Positions 9,043 to 18,385 of a DNA stretch of 64,000 nucleotides are shown piece by piece. The stretch's first letter is position 1; each line of letters begins with the position of its first letter. This stretch comes from a bacterium (lineage in GTDB: Bacteria > Vulcanimicrobiota > Vulcanimicrobiia > Vulcanimicrobiales > SCRA01): NCBI GenBank assembly GCA_004298675.1, contig SCRI01000083.1, positions 16,037-80,036 of the forward strand, given 5' to 3'. The notes under the pieces are model-generated. The model was not told the DNA's origin. It saw nothing but the letters and a program-made list of their open reading frames with translations, and ran no database searches. A program made the position numbers and the translations under genes.

Positions 9043-10052
9043 CGAGCATCGATACGGCTGCCGAGCAGATCGTCGTTACGCCGCCCTACGCTCGCCCGCG
9101 CCGCCTTCGCCGCACGCCGGCACTGCGCGCGCTCGTGCGCGAGCAGCAGGTTCGCATCGACGGCTTGGTGCAGCCGCTGTTCGTGCTGCCAGGCCGTGGG
9201 GTGCATGAGGAGATCTCGAGCATGCCGGGGATCTTCCGCTACTCCACCGACACGGTGGTGGAGGAGGTGCGGCGTTTGGCGGCACTGGGCCTGCGCAGCG
9301 TGCTACTCTTCGGCATCCCCGACCGCAAAGACGAGATCGCCTCGTCAAACTACGATCCCAACGGCGTGGTGCAGCGTGCCGCCGAGGCGATCAAGCGCGC
9401 GTTGCCGGAGGTCACGGTAATCGCCGACCTCTGCAACTGCGAATACACCAGCCACGGCCACTGCGGTATCCTCAAAGGCGAGACCGTCGACAACGACGCG
9501 ACGCTGGCACTGTTGGCGCGCGTGGCCCTGACCTACGCGCGCGCCGGCGTCGACGTGGTGGCGCCCTCCGACATGATGGATGGACGCGTGCGGGTGCTGC
9601 GGGAGAACTTGGATGCGCACGCGTTCGAAGACGTGACGATCATGGCGTACAGCGCCAAGTTCGCCAGCGCCTTCTACGGCCCGTTCCGCGATGCCGCGGA
9701 GTCGGCGCCGTCGTTCGGTGACCGCCGCTCCTACCAGATGGATCCCGCCAATCGCCGCGAGGCGTTGCGCGAGGCAGCGTTGGACGTGGACGAGGGCGCG
9801 GACATCATCATGGTCAAGCCCGGGCTGCCGTATCTCGACGTGCTGCGCGAGCTGCGCGATGCCTTCGAGCTGCCGCTGGCCGTTTACAACGTCAGCGGTG
9901 AGTACAGCATGCTCAAGGCGGCGGCGCAGCACGGCTGGATCGACGAAGAGCGCGCCATCGACGAGACGCTGCTGGCGTTCGCGCGGGCCGGCGCCGACGT
10001 CACCATCACGTACTTCGCCGCGGAGTACGCCGCGCGTGCACGCAAGCGCTGA
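9039..10052 (+). CDS. hemB: Porphobilinogen synthase (delta-aminolevulinate dehydratase)
   Basis: RRLRRTPALRALVRE, the cysteine-rich CNCEYTSHGHCG metal site and the active-site MVKPG are present. A 4-nt overlap links it to hemC. Confidence 0.95.
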   Translation: MTSIDTAAEQIVVTPPYARPRRLRRTPALRALVREQQVRIDGLVQPLFVLPGRGVHEEISSMPGIFRYSTDTVVEEVRRLAALGLRSVLLFGIPDRKDEIASSNYDPNGVVQRAAEAIKRALPEVTVIADLCNCEYTSHGHCGILKGETVDNDATLALLARVALTYARAGVDVVAPSDMMDGRVRVLRENLDAHAFEDVTIMAYSAKFASAFYGPFRDAAESAPSFGDRRSYQMDPANRREALREAALDVDEGADIIMVKPGLPYLDVLRELRDAFELPLAVYNVSGEYSMLKAAAQHGWIDEERAIDETLLAFARAGADVTITYFAAEYAARARKR

Positions 10053-10638
10053 TCTGGGGATCGTCATCCTGGCAGGCGGTGAGGCCACGCGCCTGCCAGG
10101 CAAGCTCGCTAAGCCCGCCGGTGAGGTGCCGCTGCTGGTTCACGTCTACGGGAATCTCGCGGCTGCTGGACGCCCGGTGTATCTCTCGCTGAAGGAGCCG
10201 CTGCCGCCGGAACTGTCCGGGCCGCTCGCGGCCTGCACGCAGGTCTTCGACGAGGAGCGCCGGCGCGGCCCGGTAGGAGGGCTGGCTTCGACGTTCAGCG
10301 CGATGCGCGAACGCTATGCCGCCGTCTGCGCGGGCGATGCGCCGTTCGTGGGCGTGGAGCACGTGCAACGGCTGCTGGAGGCTTGGCAAGAGGGCGATGA
10401 GGCGGTGGTGCCGGTGCGCACGCGCGCGGGGCGCGAGCAGTGGGAGCCGCTGGCGGCGCTCTACGACGCGCCGGCCTTCGCCCGCGCGGCACGCGCGGTG
10501 TTGCGAGACGGGCGCGGATCGATGCGCGAAGTGATCGAGCGCTTGCGGGCGCGCCTGCTGCCGATGGAAGACGAGGCCGTCTTCACCAACGTCAACACGC
10601 CGGCGGAGTATGCCGAGTTCGTCGAGAGGCTACCGTGA
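10036..10638 (+). CDS. MobA/CobY-like nucleotidyltransferase (NTP_transf_3 fold)
   Basis: LGIVILAGGEATRLPGKLAKP (a LAGG-x-S/T-R-hydrophobic-G glycine loop), about 200 aa. The GTG start at 10036 overlaps the hemB end, and its stop overlaps the hemL GTG (GTGA). Confidence 0.65.
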   Translation: MHASADLGIVILAGGEATRLPGKLAKPAGEVPLLVHVYGNLAAAGRPVYLSLKEPLPPELSGPLAACTQVFDEERRRGPVGGLASTFSAMRERYAAVCAGDAPFVGVEHVQRLLEAWQEGDEAVVPVRTRAGREQWEPLAALYDAPAFARAARAVLRDGRGSMREVIERLRARLLPMEDEAVFTNVNTPAEYAEFVERLP

Positions 10639-11930
10639 AAGCGGATCGCTCCAGCGAGCTCTTCGAGCGCAGTAAGCGCGTGATCCCCGGCGGAGTGAAC
10701 TCGCCGGTGCGCGCGTTTCGCGCCGTCGGCGGCACGCCCCGTTTCGTCGCGCGCGGTGAGGGCGCGTTCATCTACGATGCCGATGGCAACCGTTACGTGG
10801 ATTACGTCTGCTCGTGGGGGCCGCTCATCGCCGGACACGCGCATCCCGACGTGCGCCGTGCCGTGGAGCTGGCGCTGGCGCGCGGCAGCTCATTTGGTGC
10901 CCCCACCGCAGCGGAGGCGGAGCTGGCCGAGCTGGTGGTGGAGATGGTGCCCTCGGTCGAGCTCGTGCGCTTCGTCTCCTCCGGTACGGAGGCGACGATG
11001 AGCGCACTGCGTCTCGCGCGCGGCTTCACCGGGCGCGACAAGGTGGTGAAGTTCTCCGGCTGCTACCACGGGCACGCCGATGCGTTCCTGGTCAGCGCGG
11101 GCAGCGGGGCCTTGACCTTCGGCACGCCGGACTCGCCGGGGGTGACGGCGGGCACGGCCGGCGACACGCTCACCGCGAACTATAACGATCTCGAATCCGT
11201 GCGCGCGCTCTTCGCGCGGAATCCCGAGCGCATCGCCTGCGTCATCGTGGAGCCGTATGCCGGCAACATGGGCCTGGTGCCGCCGGAGGCCGGCTTCCTC
11301 CAGGGTCTGCGCGCGCTGACGCGCGAGCACGGCGCGCTCTTGATCTTCGACGAGGTGATCACGGGTTTTCGCGCCGCGCGCGGCGGCGCGCAGGAGCGCG
11401 AGGGCGTGCTGCCCGATCTCACCACGCTGGGCAAGGTGATCGGCGGCGGTCTGCCGGTGGGCGCCTTCGGCGGCCGCGCCGAGATCATGGAGCACCTTTC
11501 GCCGCTGGGTCCGGTTTACCAGGCCGGCACGCTCTCCGGCAATCCGCTCGCGATGGCGGCGGGGATCGCGACGTTGCGGCTGCTGCGCGACGGCGGCGCC
11601 TACGCACGCCTCGAAGCGCTGGGCGCGCGGCTCGAGCGCGGATTGCGCGACGTCTTTTCGCGCCACGCTGTTGCCGCGCAACACCACCGCCGCGGCTCGA
11701 TGCTCTGCACGTTCTTCACCGATCGCCCGGTGCGCGATCTGGAGTCCGCCAAGCGCAGTGACACGGCCCGGTATGCCGCGTACTTTCATGCGCTGCTCGA
11801 GCGCGGCGTATGGCTGGCGCCGGCGCAGTTCGAGACCGCTTTCATCTCGCTCGCGCACACCGAGGCGGAGCTGGACGCGACAGTGGCCGCGGCGGATGAT
11901 GCTCTCTGCGCGCTGGAGGCGCGGACCTGA
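10635..11930 (+). CDS. hemL: Glutamate-1-semialdehyde 2,1-aminomutase
   Basis: SELFERSKRVIPGGVNSPVRAF..., FDEVITGFR and TLGKVIGGGLP (PLP lysine). The track ORF was trimmed to GTG 10635. Confidence 0.95.
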   Translation: MKADRSSELFERSKRVIPGGVNSPVRAFRAVGGTPRFVARGEGAFIYDADGNRYVDYVCSWGPLIAGHAHPDVRRAVELALARGSSFGAPTAAEAELAELVVEMVPSVELVRFVSSGTEATMSALRLARGFTGRDKVVKFSGCYHGHADAFLVSAGSGALTFGTPDSPGVTAGTAGDTLTANYNDLESVRALFARNPERIACVIVEPYAGNMGLVPPEAGFLQGLRALTREHGALLIFDEVITGFRAARGGAQEREGVLPDLTTLGKVIGGGLPVGAFGGRAEIMEHLSPLGPVYQAGTLSGNPLAMAAGIATLRLLRDGGAYARLEALGARLERGLRDVFSRHAVAAQHHRRGSMLCTFFTDRPVRDLESAKRSDTARYAAYFHALLERGVWLAPAQFETAFISLAHTEAELDATVAAADDALCALEART

Positions 11931-12583
11931 TGGCCATGCAGCGCGTCTCCGGCGTGCGCTTGAACGAGATCAACGTGCCGCGCCTCTTTCTGTATCACCG
12001 GGCGCTGACGGCCTTGCGCGACGCCGGCGTGAACGTGGTGACGAGCGAGGCCTTGGCGGAGTTCTGCGCCAACGACGTCACGCCGACGCAGATTCGCAAG
12101 GATCTTTCACAGCTGGGGACTTGGGGGCGGCGCGGTCACGGCTACGAAGTCAGCGGACTGCTCGAGATGCTTGCTCGCCTGCTTGGGCTCGATCAGGACT
12201 GGCGCATCGCGATCGTCGGCTTCGGCTACCTCGGGCACGCGTTGGCGACGTTCCTGTCGTACCGGGAGGAGCGCTTTCGCATCGCGGCGCTCTTCGATCG
12301 CGCCCCGGACGTCGTGGGGCAGCGCTGGAAGGACCTCACCGTGCGTCATGTCGATGATCTGGAGGGCGCGCTGCGCGAGCAGGGCGGCGTGGACATCGCG
12401 GTCCTAGCCGTCCCCGCCAAGGCGGCACAGGACGTGGCCGACCGCGTGGTCGCCGCCGGGGTCGGCGCCATCCTCAACTTCGTGCCGGTGGCCCTCCACC
12501 TACCCAGGCGGGTCTTTGCACGGAACATCGACCTGGCCGGCGAACTCTCGATTTTGACCCACCACCTGACGGGGCCGGAATAG
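11930..12583 (+). CDS. rex: Redox-sensing transcriptional repressor Rex
   Basis: The winged-helix signature IRKDLSQLGTWGRRGHGYEV, the Rossmann motif IVGFGYLG and the ILNFVP motif are present. Its ATG overlaps the hemL stop (TGATG). Confidence 0.9.
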   Translation: MAMQRVSGVRLNEINVPRLFLYHRALTALRDAGVNVVTSEALAEFCANDVTPTQIRKDLSQLGTWGRRGHGYEVSGLLEMLARLLGLDQDWRIAIVGFGYLGHALATFLSYREERFRIAALFDRAPDVVGQRWKDLTVRHVDDLEGALREQGGVDIAVLAVPAKAAQDVADRVVAAGVGAILNFVPVALHLPRRVFARNIDLAGELSILTHHLTGPE

Positions 12584-12587
12584 AAGC

Positions 12588-13901
12588 ATGCCGCTGGTCT
12601 GTCTTGGAATGAATCATCGCACCGCCCCCGTTGAAGTCCGGGAGCGCCATGCCTTTCCGCTCTCCAAGGCGAGCGAGGTCTTGATGGCGCTGCGCGACTA
12701 TTCAGAGGTGCGCGAGTGCGTCATGACCTCCACCTGCGGGCGCTTGGAGTTCTATGCCGAGCTCGGGGACTACGAGTTGGGCGTGGCGCAGCTCAAGGAG
12801 TTCCTCACGAACTTCCGCCACGGTGAGGTGGGCGATCTCGACTCCTATCTCTACACGCACCTGGGGCGCGAGGCCGTCACGCATCTGCTGCGCGTGGCCA
12901 CCGGCTTGGACTCGATGGTGTTGGGCGAAGCTCAGATCCTGGGGCAGGTGAAGGACGCTTACGTCCAGGCACACGAGGCCGGCAGCGTCGGCAAGGTGCT
13001 GCACCGTCTCTTCCACGAGGCGCTGCAGACCGGAAAGGCGGCGCGCACGCAGACCGGCATCGGCGCCGACTCCGCCTCGATCGGCTCGGCGGCCGTGGAT
13101 TTGGCGCGCGCGCAGATGGGCGCGCTGGAAGGCAAGCACGTGCTGGTCATCGGCGCGGGGCGCATGGGGACGCTGGTGGCGCGCCGCCTGCGCCACGAGC
13201 GCGTGGGCGAGATCGTCGTCGCCAACCGCTCCTATCAGCGTGCCGAGAACGTGGTGCTGGAGTTAGGCGCCGGCAAAGCGGTGGCGATGCCCGGCATCGT
13301 CAACGTGCTCACGCATGCCGACATCGTGATCACCTCGACCGGCGCGACGCACTTCATCCTCACGCCGCAGAGCGTGGCCGAGGCGATGGCCAAGCGTCCC
13401 GAGCGCCCGCTCTGCATCGTCGACATCGCCGTGCCGCGCGATGCCGATCCCGAGTGCGCGCACGTTCCCAACGTCGAACTGCACGACATCGATGCGCTGA
13501 CCTCCGTGGTGAGCGAGCACATCGAAGCGCGCCGTGAATACGTGCCGGTGGTCAACGAGATCATCGCCGAGCACGTGCAACGCTTTCAGCAGTGGTATTC
13601 GACGCGTTCGGCCGTACCCGTCATCTCTTCGCTGGTCGAGCGGGCGGAGGAGATCCGTGCGCGCGAAGTGGCGCGCCTGTTGGCGCGCTGCCCCGATCTC
13701 AGCGAGCGTGAGAAGATGCTGGTCGTTAGCGCGACGATGACGATCGTCTCGCGGCTGCTGCACGTGCCGGTCACGCGCATTCGCGAGTTGGCGTCGTCCA
13801 ACCAAGCCGGGGCGATGGACCGCGTGCGCATGCTGAGCGAGCTCTTCGTGCTGGGCAAGGACGTGCGGCGGTTGCCCGCGGAGACGGACCGCACCGAGTG
13901 A
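12588..13901 (+). CDS. hemA: Glutamyl-tRNA reductase
   Basis: LGMNHRTAPVEVRE, TCGRLEFY, GEAQILGQVK and the NADPH loop VIGAGRMG. Confidence 0.95.
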   Translation: MPLVCLGMNHRTAPVEVRERHAFPLSKASEVLMALRDYSEVRECVMTSTCGRLEFYAELGDYELGVAQLKEFLTNFRHGEVGDLDSYLYTHLGREAVTHLLRVATGLDSMVLGEAQILGQVKDAYVQAHEAGSVGKVLHRLFHEALQTGKAARTQTGIGADSASIGSAAVDLARAQMGALEGKHVLVIGAGRMGTLVARRLRHERVGEIVVANRSYQRAENVVLELGAGKAVAMPGIVNVLTHADIVITSTGATHFILTPQSVAEAMAKRPERPLCIVDIAVPRDADPECAHVPNVELHDIDALTSVVSEHIEARREYVPVVNEIIAEHVQRFQQWYSTRSAVPVISSLVERAEEIRAREVARLLARCPDLSEREKMLVVSATMTIVSRLLHVPVTRIRELASSNQAGAMDRVRMLSELFVLGKDVRRLPAETDRTE

Positions 13902-15400
13902 AGCCAGCTAAGGTAGCGCTGGTTGGCGCCGGCCCCGGCGACCCGGCGCTGCTGACGCTCAAGGCGGCGCGGTTGATCGCGCAGGCTGAGGCGCTGGTCT
14001 ACGACGGGCTGGTGAGCGAGGCGATCGTGGCGCTGGCGCCTGCGTCATGCGAGCGCATCTACGTTGGCAAGCACGCTGGGCGCCACACGTTGCCGCAGGT
14101 GGAGATCGAAGCGCTCTTGGTGCGCCTGGCCCGCGCGGGCAAGCGCGTGGTGCGCCTCAAGGGCGGCGATCCGTTCGTCTTCGGACGTGGCGGTGAGGAG
14201 GCCGAAGCCTTGGTTGCCGCCGGCGTGCCGTTCGAGATCGTCCCCGGCATCACGTCGGCCATCGCGGTGCCCGCGTACGCCGGCATCCCCGTGACCCACC
14301 GCGACCATAACGCGCAGTTCGTCGTCTGCACCGGGCATGAGGATCCGGCCAAGGCCGCCTCCACCATCGACTGGGCGAAGCTGGCCGATCCCCGGCGCGC
14401 GATCGTGCTGCTGATGGCGATGACCAACCTGCGCGAGGTCGCCGCGCGCTTGGTGCAGGCGGGCTTGGCGCCAACGCTGCCGGTGGCCGTCATTCGCGAC
14501 GGTACGACGCCCGAGCAGCGCACCGTGACCGGCACGCTCGATACGATCGCAGGGATCGTCGCCGGCGCGGGCCTGACTGCACCAGCGGTCGTGATCGTCG
14601 GCGACGTGGTAGGTTTGCGCGAGCGCATACGGTGGTACGACGCGGGGCCGTTGGCGGGCAAGCGCGTCTTGGTCACGCGGCCGGCCGGCGACGCGCGCGA
14701 GATGGTGGAGCAGCTGTACGCCTTGGGGGCGCGAGCCGATTGCGTACCGCTCATCGACATCGAGCCGCCGGAGGATTCCGCCGCCGCGCGCGCGGCGGTG
14801 GAACGCTGCGCCGGCTTTGCGTGGATCGTCTTCACCAGCCGTAACGGGGTACGCGCGTTCTTCGATCACTTGCAGGCGTTAGGCCGCGATGCGCGTGCGC
14901 TCGCGCCCGCGCGCGTGGCCGCGATCGGCCCCGCCACGGCTCGTGAGCTGGAGCTGCATGGTATCCATCCGGACCTCGTGCCGGAGGAGTACGTGGCCGA
15001 GGCCGTGGCGGAGGGGCTGCTGGCGCGCACCGCTCCGGGCGACCGCGTGCTGCTCTTCCGTGCGGCGCAGGCGCGCGACGTCTTACCGCAAGAGTTGCGT
15101 GCGCACGAGCGTCTCTGCGAGATCGTCGCGGCGTATCGCACCGTTGCGCGGCGCGACCCCGAGCTGCGCGAGCACGTCGCGCGTGCGGACGTGCTGACCT
15201 TCGCCAGCTCTTCCACCGTGCGTTCGTTCGTCGAAGCGCTCGATCGCGATCTCGCCGTGGTGGAGGGCAAGTGCGTGGCATGCATCGGGCCGGTCACCGC
15301 GCGCACGGCGCGTGAGGCGGGTCTGCATGTCGACGTCGTGGCCGGCGTCTACACTGCGCAGGGGCTAGTCGACGCGTTGGAGTCCGCGTTACCGGCGTGA
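13898..15400 (+). CDS. cobA: Fused uroporphyrinogen-III C-methyltransferase / uroporphyrinogen-III synthase
   Basis: The N-terminal half has VALVGAGPGDPALLTLKA and LKGGDPFVFGRGGEE (SUMT). The C-terminal half (from about GKRVLVTRP) is HemD-like. GTG start with a 4-nt overlap onto hemA. Confidence 0.9.
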   Translation: MKPAKVALVGAGPGDPALLTLKAARLIAQAEALVYDGLVSEAIVALAPASCERIYVGKHAGRHTLPQVEIEALLVRLARAGKRVVRLKGGDPFVFGRGGEEAEALVAAGVPFEIVPGITSAIAVPAYAGIPVTHRDHNAQFVVCTGHEDPAKAASTIDWAKLADPRRAIVLLMAMTNLREVAARLVQAGLAPTLPVAVIRDGTTPEQRTVTGTLDTIAGIVAGAGLTAPAVVIVGDVVGLRERIRWYDAGPLAGKRVLVTRPAGDAREMVEQLYALGARADCVPLIDIEPPEDSAAARAAVERCAGFAWIVFTSRNGVRAFFDHLQALGRDARALAPARVAAIGPATARELELHGIHPDLVPEEYVAEAVAEGLLARTAPGDRVLLFRAAQARDVLPQELRAHERLCEIVAAYRTVARRDPELREHVARADVLTFASSSTVRSFVEALDRDLAVVEGKCVACIGPVTARTAREAGLHVDVVAGVYTAQGLVDALESALPA

Positions 15401-15407
15401 TGCGCGC

Positions 15408-16208
15408 GTGAGCACGCTGACGCTGGCGCCGCTGACGAGTTACGATTGGGGGGCGCTGCTCGCGCTGCTGGTGGCGTTTTCAGCGTGGCGCATGCGTTGG
15501 CTGAAGCCGGACGGCGCGCTAGCGGCCTTTGCGATCGGCACTGCCGTCTTCGGCTCGGGCAGCTGGCCGTACGCGCTGCTGCTGCTCTTGTTCTTCGCCA
15601 CCGGAACGCTGCTGGGCAAGGTGCCGCGCACGCCGCGTGCGCCCGCGCTCGTGGACGTGGGCAAGAGCGGCGCGCGCGACGGCGCACAGGTGCTGGCCAA
15701 CGGCAGCGTGGCGGCCGTGTGCGCGCTGGCGGCGCACGGTCTGATGCATGCGCAAGGTGCATGGCAGGCGGCCTTCGCCGGGGCGCTTGCGGCGGCTACC
15801 GCGGATACGTGGGCCACGGAGATCGGCACGCGCTGGGGCGGCACCCCACGCCATCCGCTGACGCTGCGGCTGCTTCCAGCCGGCATCTCGGGAGGCATGA
15901 CGCTGGCCGGTACCCTCGGCGGCATCGCCGGTGCGGCGGCGATCGCGTTAGCCGCGCAGCGCTTGGGCGTAGCGGCGTTCGCGGGCGTGGCGTTGGCTGG
16001 GATCGGTGGCACTCTGCTCGATACCCTCCTGGGTGCCACGCTGCAAGCCCAGCGGCGTTGCGCTCAATGCCGCGAGCTGTGCGAGACCGATCCGCATCGC
16101 TGCGGTGCGCAGACAACGCTGGTGCGAGGCCTGCCGGCGCTCGACAACGATGCCGTCAACTTTGCCGCCACGCTCTGCGGCGCCGCGGTCGCGTTCGTAC
16201 TGGCCTGA
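15408..16208 (+). CDS. DUF92/TMEM19-like integral membrane protein
   Basis: Polytopic Ala/Gly-rich membrane protein with the AATADTWATEIG motif characteristic of DUF92. Confidence 0.7.
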   Translation: MSTLTLAPLTSYDWGALLALLVAFSAWRMRWLKPDGALAAFAIGTAVFGSGSWPYALLLLLFFATGTLLGKVPRTPRAPALVDVGKSGARDGAQVLANGSVAAVCALAAHGLMHAQGAWQAAFAGALAAATADTWATEIGTRWGGTPRHPLTLRLLPAGISGGMTLAGTLGGIAGAAAIALAAQRLGVAAFAGVALAGIGGTLLDTLLGATLQAQRRCAQCRELCETDPHRCGAQTTLVRGLPALDNDAVNFAATLCGAAVAFVLA

Positions 16209-16218
16209 TCGGAGCGCT

Positions 16219-16476
16219 TTAGCGGTGGCCGTTGCCGTAGCGCTTGACGAGGTACGGCACGATATCGTCGTCGTCGTCGAGCACTACCTCGCCGTCGACC
16301 AAGACCGGAATGCTCGTCTGCCCGGAGGCCGCCTTAACTTGGGCGCGTTCGGAGTGCGCGCGCGGCACGTTCACGGTCTTGTAGTCGAGCAAGAGATCGG
16401 TCATCTTCTGCCGCACCCGGGCGCAGTACGGGCACCACTCGGCTTGGTAGAGGACAATATCGGTCGGCCTTCCCAC
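16219..16476 (-). CDS. Glutaredoxin-like small thiol-disulfide protein
   Basis: 85 aa with IVLYQAEWCPYCARVRQ (a CPYC active site) and a thioredoxin-fold length. Confidence 0.75.
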   Translation of the reverse strand: MGRPTDIVLYQAEWCPYCARVRQKMTDLLLDYKTVNVPRAHSERAQVKAASGQTSIPVLVDGEVVLDDDDDIVPYLVKRYGNGHR

Positions 16477-16538
16477 TGGGGCTCCTTTCGGGTCGGATCA
16501 GCCCCACTAGCAACCCGTCGGCATGCCGAAAGGTTGAG

Positions 16539-17312
16539 GTGCCGGCTCTCGCGTACGTCTCGCGCACGAGGCTTCCGATGCCCGCAACGTACGGCCGCCG
16601 GACCGTCGAGCGCCGGCGCTTCATCGGCGCGCTGGCCGCCTCGGCGTGCCTGCACGCGGTCGCGATTGCCGTCTGGCTCTCGCTCTTCGCGGGCCTGCTG
16701 GCCGGTGTCCCGACGCCAACCATGCCGCGCGTGCGCGTGGACGTCCCCTCGGCGCAGACGAGCGAAGTGCTGTTCACCAGCATCGAGTTCCGCCCCAGAG
16801 TCGCCCTCGCGCCGCACCGCGTGACGCCGCCGCGCCCGCGCCGGGCTCGGCCCCTGCCTTCGCCCCCAGCTCCGCAGGCCGTGGCGCGCGTGCCCGCTCG
16901 CGCCGTTCAGCGCCCCATCCCGCGTCCCGTCCCGCCGCCCCCGGTTCCCGCAGTAGCGAAGACGGAGGTCGCGCCCACGGCGGCCGCGCCTCCCGCCGCA
17001 CTGCCTGCCGAGACACCGTCCACCGCGCCGACGCCGGCGCCGAAAGTGGCGGAGGCGGGATTGTGGGGGCTCGACTCCGCACCCGTGCTGCTCGACCGCA
17101 TTGCGGCGCTGTTGGGCGACGTGCACCGCCAGCTGCACATCGAGATCGACGTCGACTCGCGCGGGCGCGCGACCGGTGTGCGCGTCGATGACCCGAACGT
17201 CGACCACACGCTCCTGGAACGTGTTGTCAACACGCTGCTCACAGCGCACTACGAGGCCGCGCGGTGCAACAATCTCCCCTGTCCAGGCGAACTGGTCTTT
17301 GCCTATCCGTGA
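16539..17312 (+). CDS. TonB-like protein (TM anchor, Pro-rich linker, C-terminal domain)
   Basis: N-terminal TM helix (FIGALAASACLHAVAIAVWL), a long proline-rich spacer and a C-terminal part of about 80 aa (IEIDVDSRGRATGVRVDDP...GELVFAY) with a TonB-C-like pattern. Start uncertain (GTG 16539 or ATG 16578). Confidence 0.5.
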   Translation: MPALAYVSRTRLPMPATYGRRTVERRRFIGALAASACLHAVAIAVWLSLFAGLLAGVPTPTMPRVRVDVPSAQTSEVLFTSIEFRPRVALAPHRVTPPRPRRARPLPSPPAPQAVARVPARAVQRPIPRPVPPPPVPAVAKTEVAPTAAAPPAALPAETPSTAPTPAPKVAEAGLWGLDSAPVLLDRIAALLGDVHRQLHIEIDVDSRGRATGVRVDDPNVDHTLLERVVNTLLTAHYEAARCNNLPCPGELVFAYP

Positions 17313-17353
17313 ACACAAGCACGCCTGAACCGGGGACCCCATGAGTTGTGGGG

Positions 17354-18235
17354 CTAGAGAATCGTCTTGCCGAGTGCGGAGAGGATCAGCTCGACGGCAA
17401 GCTTGGCCGTGCGGTTTTCGACGTCGAGGATGGGATTGATCTCCGTGACTTCCAGCGAGCCCAAACGTCCGCTGGCGGCAAGCAGCTCCATCGCTAAGTG
17501 CGACTCGCGGTACGAGAGTCCACCGCGCACCGGCGTGCCCGTGCCCGGCGCCTCCGACGGGTCGATGGCATCCATGTCGAACGTCACATGGATGGCGTCG
17601 GCTGGGTGCGCGGGATCGGTGACGCGAGCAATCGCGGTGGTGATGATCGATTCGATGCCCATACGATCGACCTCGCTCATCGAATAGGCTTTGATGCCCG
17701 CATGCCGGATCAACTCGCGCTCGGGGGGATCGACGTCTCGCAGACCGATCAAAACGACGTGCGCCGGATCGACGATGCCGCGCTCGATCGCCAAACCTAG
17801 CGGCATGCCGTGCACGTTGCCGCTGGCGGAGGTGGCAGGCGTGTTGATGTCCGCATGTGCGTCGATCCAGATCACACCGGGCTGGCGGCCATGCGCGTTC
17901 TTTATGCCCCGAAGCGTCCCCAGAGCAATCGAGTGATCGCCGCCGATGACGATTGGAAATCCGCTGTAGCGCAGCACCGTCGAGACTTCCTCGGCGAGTT
18001 GACCGCAGACGCCTTCGATGACACCCAAGAAGCGCGCGCTAGGCGTTGCCTGTTCAACGCTTTCGCGCACCGGCACGAAAACGTTGCCGCGGTCGACGAC
18101 CGTCAATCCCAGGCTGCGTAAGCGATCGCCGAGCGAGGCGTAACGCACCGCCGAGGGGCCCATGTCCACGCCGCGCCGGCTCGCGCCGAGATCCATGGGG
18201 ACGCCGATGATCTCGACGCGCTTGGTTTCCAGCAT
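17354..18235 (-). CDS. rocF: Arginase
   Basis: RVEIIGVPMDLGASRRGVDMGPSAVRYA, GGDHSIALG, DAHADINTP and TFDMDAIDP (ureohydrolase Mn ligands). The track ORF was trimmed by 78 codons to the internal ATG. Confidence 0.85.
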   Translation of the reverse strand: MLETKRVEIIGVPMDLGASRRGVDMGPSAVRYASLGDRLRSLGLTVVDRGNVFVPVRESVEQATPSARFLGVIEGVCGQLAEEVSTVLRYSGFPIVIGGDHSIALGTLRGIKNAHGRQPGVIWIDAHADINTPATSASGNVHGMPLGLAIERGIVDPAHVVLIGLRDVDPPERELIRHAGIKAYSMSEVDRMGIESIITTAIARVTDPAHPADAIHVTFDMDAIDPSEAPGTGTPVRGGLSYRESHLAMELLAASGRLGSLEVTEINPILDVENRTAKLAVELILSALGKTIL

Positions 18236-18385
18236 GGGCCGCTCCTTTGGGAGCCTTGCACCGCATCCCTCCGCGCCCTCGCCTTCTCGCTTGGCGACTG
18301 TAAAACGTAGCGAGGGTTCGGCGGCCACGCCGCGGTATCTCTCACCCGGTTCTCCTGGTCGCTTCCACAAGGAGTATCGCCGCAT

